In this document: positions 8,212 through 15,351 of the stretch, in pieces | Layout: each line of letters starts with the position of its first letter | Position numbering within the stretch: position 1 is the first letter of the stretch | IMG/VR virus record: IMGVR_UViG_3300028138_000003 | Location: 429 to 64,428 of that record | Reading direction: 5' to 3' (one strand) | From: a virus | Length of the DNA stretch: 64,000 nt | The notes under the pieces: model-generated | Database searches by the model: none | The model's input: only the letters and a program-made list of their open reading frames with translations | What the model was told of the DNA's origin: nothing | Position numbers and translations under genes: made by a program

Positions 8212-8665
8212 GGGCCTTCTCCTGCTGCGCCGCCCAGATGCGCGCGATGTCCGCAGCCTTGTAGCACGTGCGTTTGTCGGTGCCCTCGATGGTCACGATG
8301 ACGTTGTACTTGGCACGCAGCCGCGCCCCCGTGACCACCATGCGGCGCTGCCCGTAGTCGGTGATGAGTAGCGTGCCCACCGGCGGCAGCTTGATCCCGG
8401 GCGAATACCATGAGTCTCCCGGCTTGCCGGTGGGTATAGCCTCGACGACGCGCAGGTGCTCGTAGTCGCTGGCCTCGCGGCTCGTGCCGCCCGCGAGCGT
8501 GCCCTCCACCTTGAAGGTGAACGAACCGTCGGGGCGGTACTTGCAGTTGCCAAGCTTGATGCTCAGCCCGTCGAACTCTTCGATCCGGTCAGAGATTCCG
8601 GACAGTAGCGCGTCAATCTCAGTCCTGAGTGTCTTCAGCTGTGCGAGTATCAGTTTGGTTTCCAT
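8204..8665 (-). CDS. hypothetical protein, 153 aa (N-terminal coiled coil)
   Basis: The internal ATG at 8665 has an AGGAGG RBS 6 nt upstream. The product begins METKLILAQLKTLRTEIDALL. Confidence 0.5.
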   Translation of the reverse strand: METKLILAQLKTLRTEIDALLSGISDRIEEFDGLSIKLGNCKYRPDGSFTFKVEGTLAGGTSREASDYEHLRVVEAIPTGKPGDSWYSPGIKLPPVGTLLITDYGQRRMVVTGARLRAKYNVIVTIEGTDKRTCYKAADIARIWAAQQEKAHA

Positions 8666-8813
8666 GGCGCCCTCCTGAGGCGTTACGGATTGGTGAAAGT
8701 GTAGCAGTTCCGCGTGCCCATGCACGCTCCTGGTTTTCGCGGTATCGGCGTAGGTCGTCGAGCCGCGCCCACTCACGGTCGAGCAGGGTGAATTCCCATT
8801 CAGTGAAGCTCAT
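8619..8813 (-). CDS. hypothetical protein, 64 aa
   Basis: GGAGAA RBS is present. Its 3' end overlaps the next gene by 46 nt. Confidence 0.3.
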   Translation of the reverse strand: MSFTEWEFTLLDREWARLDDLRRYRENQERAWARGTATLSPIRNASGGRHGNQTDTRTAEDTQD

Positions 8814-8986
8814 AGGCCGTTCTCCAGTTCGCGCATGGCCATCCCCTTCCAGTACGGGTTGCATATCGACTCTGCCGTCGACGCAGCCTCGTCCGCCGCC
8901 AAGCGGGCATGCTGGATCAGCCTGCGCACCTCCTCGTAGAGATGCTTATCGTCGGGCGAGCTAAGCTGGCGCTTAGTGGATCCCAT
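8810..8986 (-). CDS. hypothetical protein, 58 aa
   Basis: ATGA coupling joins it to the downstream ORF. The product begins MGSTKRQLSSPDDKHLYEEV. Confidence 0.3.
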   Translation of the reverse strand: MGSTKRQLSSPDDKHLYEEVRRLIQHARLAADEAASTAESICNPYWKGMAMRELENGL

Positions 8987-9185
8987 AAGTGGGTGCTCCT
9001 CTGGGCCCGCCACAGCACGCAGGATCGCCGCAGGGCATCTGGGGATGCTGGCTTGCAGGATCGGACAGTCGCGGCTTGCGCGCCGCTCGGAGCACGCGGT
9101 GGAAGTCCTCGGTGCACTCCTTGCACCACCCCGACGGGGTGCGCTCCCGTATGAGGTCACAGATCGCGCAGCGCACGGTTACCAT
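8973..9185 (-). CDS. Cys-rich (zinc-ribbon-like) protein, 70 aa
   Basis: CAICD...CKEC motifs are present. Its start overlaps the RHH gene stop (ATGGTAA). Confidence 0.35.
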   Translation of the reverse strand: MVTVRCAICDLIRERTPSGWCKECTEDFHRVLRAARKPRLSDPASQHPQMPCGDPACCGGPRGAPTYGIH

Positions 9186-9493
9186 GTGTCCATGTCCTTG
9201 CGGTCGAGTGACTGTTCCACGGTCGTCTGGTCGCGCCGCTCGGCGGCCGCCTGGATTGCGGCGAGCGCGTCCCGCTCCTGAGCGATGCAGCGCTCAATGC
9301 ACGCGCCGATACCCGCCGACAGGTTCTCCGTGTAACCGGCCTTGGCAGCCTGCGCCAACGCGTAGTCAGAGTGGCGCGGGGAGAGCGTGATCGACGTTGC
9401 GTACTTGCGTTCGGACAGTGCCTTGCGCCTGCGGCCACGCTTGCGACCGGAGTAGTTGAGGATGCGGGACACGTCTTCGTCGGTGAAAGTCAT
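9179..9493 (-). CDS. ribbon-helix-helix (CopG/Arc-type) DNA-binding protein, first gene of the leftward operon
   Basis: AGGAGA RBS lies 7 nt upstream. The segment ITLSPRHSDYALAQAAKAG matches the RHH beta-strand plus helix. It sits directly downstream of the operator-like inverted repeats. Confidence 0.55.
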   Translation of the reverse strand: MTFTDEDVSRILNYSGRKRGRRRKALSERKYATSITLSPRHSDYALAQAAKAGYTENLSAGIGACIERCIAQERDALAAIQAAAERRDQTTVEQSLDRKDMDTW

Positions 9494-9547
9494 TTTAATC
9501 TCCTATGTGCGATAGTACAGCAAATGAGTCCGGACAGTAGCCCAATC

Positions 9548-9663
9548 TTGACAAAATTGACAGACATTTTGAATTTCAGGTTCTTTTCTTAGGAATACAT
9601 TATAGAACTATTTCCTCACACTAGTACAAAAAGGGAAAATCAACAAAATGTGTCAATTTGTCA
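9548..9663. promoter_or_regulatory. operator-like inverted repeats flanking a candidate leftward promoter
   Basis: TTGACAAAATTGACA (9548-9562) and its near reverse complement TGTCAATTTGTCA (9651-9663) lie in a 270-bp AT-rich intergenic region. A perfect TATAAT (minus strand, plus coordinates 9599-9604) sits between them. Confidence 0.45.
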
Positions 9664-9771
9664 TTGACTTGAATCTCTCGCATAATCAATAGCCTGCAAG
9701 CGGGTACATCTATTTTACCGCCGAAAAATTGAGGGCGGTGCGCACTGAGTGCGCGGCGGGAACGGACAGTG

Positions 9772-9903
9772 TCACAAGCGATCGTCCGGCTTGCCACGCG
9801 AGAGGCGCCATACGATCCAGCTGGCGCCGCCTATGACCACGGTGAGGCTAAACAGGCACCAGAGGGCGAACCATTTAAATAATAGGACAATTAGAGTGAA
9901 CAT
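9772..9903 (-). CDS. small hydrophobic peptide, 43 aa
   Basis: The product is MFTLIVLLFKWFALWCLFSLTVVIGGASWIVWRLSRGKPDDRL. GGAG lies 9 nt upstream. It falls below the ORF-track threshold. Confidence 0.3.
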   Translation of the reverse strand: MFTLIVLLFKWFALWCLFSLTVVIGGASWIVWRLSRGKPDDRL

Positions 9904-9909
9904 GGCGGG

Positions 9910-10005
9910 CTACTCCAGTTTGGTGATGATCCAATTCATGACGGGAAAGCCTACGGCTATCGATAGGGCGGCGAGGCCCAAGGCTTGGAACAGTGCGACT
10001 AGCAT
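9910..10005 (-). CDS. small hydrophobic peptide, 31 aa
   Basis: The product is MLVALFQALGLAALSIAVGFPVMNWIITKLE. Its ATG overlaps the stop of the upstream gene. Confidence 0.25.
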   Translation of the reverse strand: MLVALFQALGLAALSIAVGFPVMNWIITKLE

Positions 10006-10826
10006 GCTGGCCTCGCAAAGTAGGGGCGCACGCCCCGTGAGTTTATGTGCGTCATGACAGCGAACCCGCCATGACCGTTGATGACTATTGAGCCGCGCCG
10101 CCCATCGGCGCCACCGCACGCCATGCACGTGGCGCAGGTAAGCTTCTTTCCCGCCTCTGCGGACGCTGGGCAAGTTATCTCTTTATCTTGCTTGCCGGGA
10201 TCGCAGGGCATGGCTACGCGGAATGTACGCCAGCCCGCCGCTTGTGCCTCACGCGCGTCGATCAGGCTATCGGCTGAAGCCATGCACAGGGTGCGCAGCT
10301 GCGGCGCGTGGCGCCATTGGTGCGTATAGCCAGTGTGCCCGCTGGCATAGAGGGTAAGTTCCCGCCATACAAAGTCAGGTACTGCCGCCGGATCCCCGTA
10401 AGTTCCCAAGCGCACAAGCTTGCCGCGCCCAAGGTGGCTTATGGCTTGCCAGCCTTGCCCGCGCTCCGCGTAGCGTCCCCGTTTCCACGCGCGCCAGACT
10501 CCCAGCGGGCCTTGGCCGACGTTGACGTAGCACGTGCGCGCCTTGTGGGGACCGTCCGCATACGAGCTCGCCTGGCCAGGCTCGAGTGGTGTCTGGACAG
10601 TGCCACGGTGCGGACATTGCCCGCATATGCTGACGTCGGCGCCAGTGCGCAAGGCTGCGATGGGATCAACGTCGGCGCGCAGGATATAGGTTTGCACCAT
10701 GGCGCCCGTTTTGCGGTTGCTACTGCTAGCCGCTAAGCCGGTCGCTATTACCACGATAGGCGCGCCATCGAGTAGCGATGCGCCTTGCCATAGAACTGCG
10801 CCGTTACTTTTTGCCATTGGCGTCAT
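9999..10826 (-). CDS. hypothetical protein, 275 aa (early region)
   Basis: This is a long ORF on the coding strand of the early operon. CGQCPHRG and CATCMACGG Cys clusters are present. Confidence 0.5.
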   Translation of the reverse strand: MTPMAKSNGAVLWQGASLLDGAPIVVIATGLAASSSNRKTGAMVQTYILRADVDPIAALRTGADVSICGQCPHRGTVQTPLEPGQASSYADGPHKARTCYVNVGQGPLGVWRAWKRGRYAERGQGWQAISHLGRGKLVRLGTYGDPAAVPDFVWRELTLYASGHTGYTHQWRHAPQLRTLCMASADSLIDAREAQAAGWRTFRVAMPCDPGKQDKEITCPASAEAGKKLTCATCMACGGADGRRGSIVINGHGGFAVMTHINSRGVRPYFARPAC

Positions 10827-11160
10827 CCCGGTATAGCTGCGGAAACTCCCAGCGGGCTGCCTTCTCTTCTGCGATTAGTCGGGCGTCGGCTTGCATGTGC
10901 CGCTTGCCACGTCGGACAAGGCGCACAAAGTTTGCGGCGTTGACGGTATAGCCGCATGCGCCATAGCGAACCTGCACATGGTCGGCGAACACCAGCAACG
11001 GGAGCACAGACGCGGTGCGCGTGTCACGCCCGCATGCGGGCGCGAATTCCACAACGTCGCCGGCGTATAGGCCAGCGAATCCGGGTCCGTTAGGCGCCGT
11101 CCAATTGCAACCGCGTTCGCGCGCTGCCTTGTCAACGTCTAGATCGTATTTGCTAAGCAT
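10804..11160 (-). CDS. hypothetical protein, 118 aa
   Basis: ORF-track call, in operon context. Confidence 0.4.
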   Translation of the reverse strand: MLSKYDLDVDKAARERGCNWTAPNGPGFAGLYAGDVVEFAPACGRDTRTASVLPLLVFADHVQVRYGACGYTVNAANFVRLVRRGKRHMQADARLIAEEKAARWEFPQLYRDDANGKK

Positions 11161-11531
11161 TAGACTGCCCTCCGAAACATATCAACTTGAACGCTGCAGT
11201 GCGGCGGGATCGCGGGCCATGCTGGCGTCGCGGCATGCTGTTTAGTGTAGAACGCGCGGACAGGTACCAAAGCCTTCCGCAAGTCTGCGGCATGGATAGG
11301 AGTTAGCTTGCCGTAGTCGGGCCCGCCGACGTTGCCAGTGTTCTTGTGTATCAATTCGATTAGGCGCCCAGCCGCACGGCAAGGCTTAGGCCAATAGGCC
11401 CAGCCGTCCGAGTGGTTGTTAGCGTCTTCCATGATGCCCGCGAGTATCAGTACCGCAGACTCTAGGTTATCGCCACGTCCGCGAGTGCGGGCGCGCCAGT
11501 TTGCTATGTCCATTTCGTTAGCGAAAAGCAT
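11160..11531 (-). CDS. hypothetical protein, 123 aa
   Basis: ORF-track call. Its stop abuts the next start. Confidence 0.4.
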   Translation of the reverse strand: MLFANEMDIANWRARTRGRGDNLESAVLILAGIMEDANNHSDGWAYWPKPCRAAGRLIELIHKNTGNVGGPDYGKLTPIHAADLRKALVPVRAFYTKQHAATPAWPAIPPHCSVQVDMFRRAV

Positions 11532-11543
11532 TAGTAGTCACTC

Positions 11544-12242
11544 CTATGCAGTGTATTGGAATCCGGCAGACTCGATAGCCGCGCGGAATTCGCGCAGCAA
11601 TCCTGGTAACCTGGCTTCAAGCCGCTCGCGTAAGTCTGGCGCGGTTAGTTCCGCGTCGGTGGCTTCGGGCCATACGGCAACGCTACGCGCCGCGTCTAAC
11701 TCGCGGGCTTTGCCCTCGCCCGTGCGCAACCATGGCACGTACTGCAGCGTGGCGGTTCCGGGCGGTTGCGTGTCGCTGTCCACGTACTTGGGCAAGCTGT
11801 GCTCTGACAGCTGCCAGCATAGTTGTTTGGTTTTACCGTTGCGGATCTGGCGCGTTTCACCGGCACGCAATCCCCAGCAATCGCGATCGCCGGCAAGGTA
11901 AACAGCATTGGCCACGCAATGCATTGGTCCGTCGCTGCTGACAAGGTGCCATTTTAAGAGCGGCGCCAGTTCCGGAAATACCTTGGCGATATGGTCATGC
12001 GCCGCACCGCCGCCGACGTCGCGCCCGTTTTCGTAAATGGTGCACGTTGCCGAAAATGTGTTGTGGCCATTGCCGCAGTTATCATCGTAGCGCAGTTCTA
12101 CAACGGTGCGCGTCACGCCGTCGGTGCGGCTAGCCTTCCATGTCTGAGTGCCGAATGTACCCTTAGCCGCATCGCGCACGTGACTTGCGAACATGCGGCC
12201 AAGCACGCCGTTAATGGCGTGCGCGCGTTCTAGGTTGCTCAT
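11544..12242 (-). CDS. hypothetical protein, 232 aa
   Basis: ORF-track call. Confidence 0.45.
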   Translation of the reverse strand: MSNLERAHAINGVLGRMFASHVRDAAKGTFGTQTWKASRTDGVTRTVVELRYDDNCGNGHNTFSATCTIYENGRDVGGGAAHDHIAKVFPELAPLLKWHLVSSDGPMHCVANAVYLAGDRDCWGLRAGETRQIRNGKTKQLCWQLSEHSLPKYVDSDTQPPGTATLQYVPWLRTGEGKARELDAARSVAVWPEATDAELTAPDLRERLEARLPGLLREFRAAIESAGFQYTA

Positions 12243-12631
12243 AGGATAACTCCCGCCGCACGTGCGGCTCCTTCAGTAATGAAAAGATGCGCGGTCGCAG
12301 GGCGCCCGCAGAAAACGCCACTCTCTACAACACAGTACGTGTCGCTAAGCGTGACCGTCTCAGAATCGCCACCGGGCCCGAATGGCGGCGCCACCTGGCC
12401 AGGAAACTGGCGCGCTGGCCGCCAGCCTTGGCCGCCAGCATAGCCGCCGAATTCCTTAGACAAGCCGGTATACGTGGCGCGACTGCCGCCGGACCAATAG
12501 CGACCGGACAGTGTGACGCTATCGGTAACCGCCAGCAGAATCGAATGCTTGGCGTACGCGGGCAGTGCAGCGCGCACTATCCGGAGGGCGGCAGCGTATT
12601 CGGCAGTGTGCTGTTTCTTTTTAAGGATCAT
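12239..12631 (-). CDS. hypothetical protein, 130 aa
   Basis: The internal ATG at 12631 has a GGGAG RBS. The product begins MILKKKQHTAEY. ATGA coupling is present. Confidence 0.4.
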   Translation of the reverse strand: MILKKKQHTAEYAAALRIVRAALPAYAKHSILLAVTDSVTLSGRYWSGGSRATYTGLSKEFGGYAGGQGWRPARQFPGQVAPPFGPGGDSETVTLSDTYCVVESGVFCGRPATAHLFITEGAARAAGVIL

Positions 12632-12819
12632 GGGCGATACTCCCTCAGTGCGCGCACAAGGCGCCAATTGGCACGGCGTGCAGCGGTTGCGTACTTACTG
12701 GCGCAATCAATCCACGCGGCACGCACCCCGCCGGCGCTATACGCCGCATAAAACTGTGCGTTGCGAGCACGGCGCAGAAATTCATTGCGCTCCCGAAAGG
12801 ATGCGTATGCGTTGGTCAC
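12628..12819 (-). CDS. hypothetical protein, 63 aa
   Basis: The GTG start at 12819 has an AGGAG RBS 8 nt upstream. It overlaps the upstream stop (GTGA). Confidence 0.35.
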   Translation of the reverse strand: MTNAYASFRERNEFLRRARNAQFYAAYSAGGVRAAWIDCASKYATAARRANWRLVRALREYRP

Positions 12820-13100
12820 GGCAGCGGCTCCTGTAATGTGGCCACGTGGCCAGCCCGCGCGGCATCGTGCAAGCCGGACCATTCGAACCAGTGCGCATCG
12901 CACAGCTGCAGCCATGCGACGTCGGTATGCGCGCAGCCGCAATCAAGCACGGCGCAACCCTCAGAAGAGCGCACGCGCGCCGTAGTGTTGCCATTCAATA
13001 GCCGTACGCTCATGAGCGCACCGCCAGCGCGCAAGCAACCACGACGCCCCAAGCGAACAGTAAGAGTGCAGTCATTGTCAGTCTCCAGTGTGAACAGCAA
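12816..13100 (-). CDS. hypothetical Cys-containing protein, up to 94 aa
   Basis: ORF-track call. The start is uncertain. Confidence 0.35.
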   Translation of the reverse strand: MLFTLETDNDCTLTVRLGRRGCLRAGGALMSVRLLNGNTTARVRSSEGCAVLDCGCAHTDVAWLQLCDAHWFEWSGLHDAARAGHVATLQEPLP

Positions 13101-13134
13101 CCAAAGCGCACCATGGGCGTGCGCTTTCGCGTTG

Positions 13135-13338
13135 CTACTCGCCCTGTATCCAAGCTGAGTGTTTATCGATGCTGGCGGCTAAGCGGCGCGCGACCGTCTC
13201 TCCGCCGATTGCGCCAATGGTTGCGGCAAGCGTGCCGTCGTTGTTGTACAGCTTGACGTTCCAGACAACGGAATTGTCGGATAGCGTTTCGCTGACGGCG
13301 CGGGCGTAGGTGGCGTCTGTTTCTCTTGTGCGTGGCAT
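13135..13338 (-). CDS. hypothetical protein, 67 aa
   Basis: The ATG at 13338 has a GAGGA RBS. The product begins MPRTRETDATYARAV. Confidence 0.4.
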   Translation of the reverse strand: MPRTRETDATYARAVSETLSDNSVVWNVKLYNNDGTLAATIGAIGGETVARRLAASIDKHSAWIQGE

Positions 13339-13401
13339 TGTCCTATCCTCTTGTGAGTGGCAACCAAAGCGCACCGTGGGCGTGCGCTTTCGCGTTGCGG
13401 C

Positions 13402-13632
13402 TCAGCCGCCCATCATGGCGGTGACTATCTGGCGCAATTCCACGTCGGTGAGCGGCGCGCCAAGTTCCGCAGTCGCAGCCGCATCGCTGAAGCAACCACT
13501 ACGGTCATTCCACTCAGCGAACGCGATCAGCAGCGCACGCGATGCGGTATCGATGGGAAAGCTTGCCGTGGCCGCATCGCATGTGCACGTCGGACAGTGC
13601 CGGTCTAAATCCTCATAGTCTGGCGTAGTCAT
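13402..13632 (-). CDS. hypothetical acidic protein, 76 aa
   Basis: ORF-track call. A CPTCTC motif is present. Confidence 0.4.
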   Translation of the reverse strand: MTTPDYEDLDRHCPTCTCDAATASFPIDTASRALLIAFAEWNDRSGCFSDAAATAELGAPLTDVELRQIVTAMMGG

Positions 13633-13646
13633 TAGATGCGCTCCTT

Positions 13647-13967
13647 TCAGTAGTCCACGCCAGCAGCGCGCGCTTGTGCGGGCGTCATGCGCATCATTTC
13701 GGCGACTGTCGGAGCGTGCTTGTCGTTTTCGTATATGCCCTTACGCGGGCCTTGTGACTCGCTCAGAAGCTTGGCGCAAGCCTTAACGATGCGCGCAACG
13801 GTATCGTCGGCGCCGTCGCGGTCTACTGCGACGTCCGAATAGCCAAGCACGGCAAGAGCGGCACGCGCCAAGGCTAGATCGCCGGTCACAGCCTTGTCGG
13901 CTGTCTGGAGTAACAGACGCGCCACGTTAGTGGCGGCGGTCACGGTATGTAGGGACTTGGTCAACAT
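13647..13967 (-). CDS. hypothetical protein, 106 aa; first gene of the early leftward operon
   Basis: AGGAG lies 8 nt upstream of the ATG at 13967. It sits immediately downstream of a strong sigma70-like promoter. Confidence 0.5.
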   Translation of the reverse strand: MLTKSLHTVTAATNVARLLLQTADKAVTGDLALARAALAVLGYSDVAVDRDGADDTVARIVKACAKLLSESQGPRKGIYENDKHAPTVAEMMRMTPAQARAAGVDY

Positions 13968-13982
13968 GGTCTGTGCTCCTAT

Positions 13983-14037
13983 CAATTGATGTACTACAAC
14001 AATTGCATTTTTATCGTATATCAATTGCGTCTGTCAA
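13983..14037 (-). promoter_or_regulatory. early promoter (minus strand) with three CAATTG palindromes
   Basis: On the minus strand: a perfect -35 TTGACA (plus 14032-14037), an 18-nt spacer, and -10 TAAAAAT (plus 14007-14013). CAATTG occurs at 13983-13988, 14000-14005 and 14022-14027, between the RBS and the -35. Confidence 0.55.
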
Positions 14038-14099
14038 CGTCAGCCGACGAACGGTCGTCGTTTTCCGGCAAGTGTGTCGGAAATGGGCAAGTTGAGAAA

Positions 14100-14460
14100 A
14101 TAAGCCAGCCCGCCAGACCCTCTAATGCGCGCGCCTGCAAGCCTTCAGCCGCCCTCCAGCCGCCCTTACTCCCCCGATCCGAGGGTGACTGGCTTGCAGG
14201 GGGAGAGCCTATCGGTAGCATGCTTTCCGGCTGATGGGTCCTTCCTGGAGCTCGAGGCCTGCCTCGAGTCAGCCCCTTTAGGCCGCGCCCCTCCGCGCCT
14301 GGCTTCGTCTGAGACGAACGTAATTTCCGCGCGCGTCAGGGGCCTGCAAGCCATAAGCCCTTAAAATTTATAAAATTATTCCCACGCGCGCCTCAGGTCT
14401 GTCGTTTTCAGGCATGCCGGTCGTTTTTAGATATCGCGCCTCGCGTGCGCGTCAGGTATC
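14100..14460. repeat. repeat-rich non-coding region (origin / regulatory candidate)
   Basis: CCTGCAAGCC occurs at 14134-14143 and 14343-14352, and its reverse complement at 14191-14200. There is a tandem CAGCCGCCCT x2 (14146-14166). A 7-bp perfect inverted repeat TTCGTCT-g-AGACGAA lies at 14304-14318. A GCGCG..TCAGG motif recurs at ~14331, ~14388 and ~14446 (about 57-bp spacing). An AT-rich island TTAAAATTTATAAAATTATT lies at 14361-14380. Confidence 0.5.
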
Positions 14461-14643
14461 CTGCCGCCAAGACTGGAGGCCGGCATAACCGCCGAGCGCT
14501 CGAGAATGCAAGGCGGCGCGGGCTAGGATCCTCCGCGTTAGCCCGGGCTCGAGCTGGAAGCGGCCGCCGTCGAGGGCACATAGCAGTGAGGGCTGATAGC
14601 GCAGCCCGAAGGTTCTATGACCCGAAGCCTCCCAGTCTTTTAA

Positions 14644-14718
14644 GCGCCCGTCGTTGCGGGTCAACGCGCCGGTCTTCCAAACCGTGCAGATGGGGTTCGA
14701 TTCCCCACGGTCGCTCCA
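14644..14718 (+). tRNA. tRNA-like gene, probably tRNA-Gly(TCC), non-canonical
   Basis: Length is 75 nt with encoded CCA. The acceptor stem GCGCCCG/CGGTCGC is 6 of 7 paired. T-arm is TGGGG-TTCGATT-CCCCA. The anticodon loop is CTTCCAA. The D-arm is short and there is one mismatch in the anticodon stem. Confidence 0.4.
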
Positions 14719-14771
14719 TACTCAGCGGCGTAGTCTATAGCCGTCAGCGTTACCCCGGCGCGGGAATACCG

Positions 14772-14846
14772 GGGCGTCTTCTGGCAAGTAGCTCAGCGGT
14801 AGAGCAGCCGGCTGTTAACCGGCCGGTCGCTGGTTCGATTCCAGCC
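14772..14846 (+). tRNA. tRNA-Asn(GTT)
   Basis: Clean cloverleaf. Acceptor stem TGGCAAG/CTTGCCA. D-arm GCTC-AGCGGTA-GAGC. Anticodon arm GCCGG-CTGTTAA-CCGGC. T-arm GCTGG-TTCGATT-CCAGC. Discriminator G and encoded CCA. Confidence 0.8.
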
Positions 14847-14947
14847 TTGCCAGCCAACCTCATCACACTCCCCCCGCCGAGAGCTTGCGGCTTGCCGGCC
14901 ATCTGTGTATCCATACAGTGCGGCGCGAATTCCCATAGTGGGACTCC

Positions 14948-14992
14948 TGGTTCGCGGTTCCGTAGGCCGGCGGGGGCGGCTTTCCGTGCAAT
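14948..14992 (+). other. GC-rich stem-loop between the tRNAs and the first late gene
   Basis: GCCGGCGGGGGCGG...CCCCTCCGCCGGC has an 8-bp perfect outer stem plus more. It is preceded by the palindrome TGTATCCATACA (14910-14921). No U-tract follows. Confidence 0.35.
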
Positions 14993-15035
14993 GCGGTCCC
15001 CTCCGCCGGCCGACTTTCAGGAGAAGGAGGCATCG

Positions 15036-15152
15036 TGAGCGCAGTGGTTAAGGCATTCGTAGCGAAGCAGCTGGCATGGGCCAAGGCTAACAAGGTCGCC
15101 CTCTCCGTCGGAGCGGTGCTCGGCCTCTTGCTGGCCAAGGTGCTCTGATGAC
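15036..15152 (+). CDS. small membrane protein, 38 aa
   Basis: GTG start after AGGAGAAGGAGG. The product is VSAVVKAFVAKQLAWAKANKVALSVGAVLGLLLAKVL. Its stop overlaps the next ATG (TGATG). Confidence 0.4.
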
Positions 15153-15336
15153 GGCCCCCTACGGCACCAACGTCCCGACGGCTCGCCCGCGCAAGCGGAC
15201 GATCGACCTGCGCTCGCTCTCCTTCGGGGTGAGCGGGCCCGAGGTGCCCTACCCCGTGTATCAGTTCAGCGGTTATCGGATCCGGTGGGAGTACCCCCAG
15301 CACAATCCGTTCCTGCACGTTCCGCCGTACTTCTAG
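15148..15336 (+). CDS. hypothetical protein, 62 aa
   Basis: ORF-track call. Coupled by TGATG. Confidence 0.4.
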   Translation: MTAPYGTNVPTARPRKRTIDLRSLSFGVSGPEVPYPVYQFSGYRIRWEYPQHNPFLHVPPYF

Positions 15337-15351
15337 CCCTCAGGAGGGGCC

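Noticed and set aside
9749-10057. Plus-strand ORF downstream of the intergenic region, a possible rightward gene
   Set aside because: It overlaps two well-supported minus-strand small genes and the 275-aa gene. It has no RBS and an Arg-rich translation.
14644-14718. Interpreting the deviant tRNA-like element as an attP core
   Set aside because: No integrase gene is present anywhere in the window, so the att interpretation is unsupported. It is kept as a possible non-canonical tRNA.
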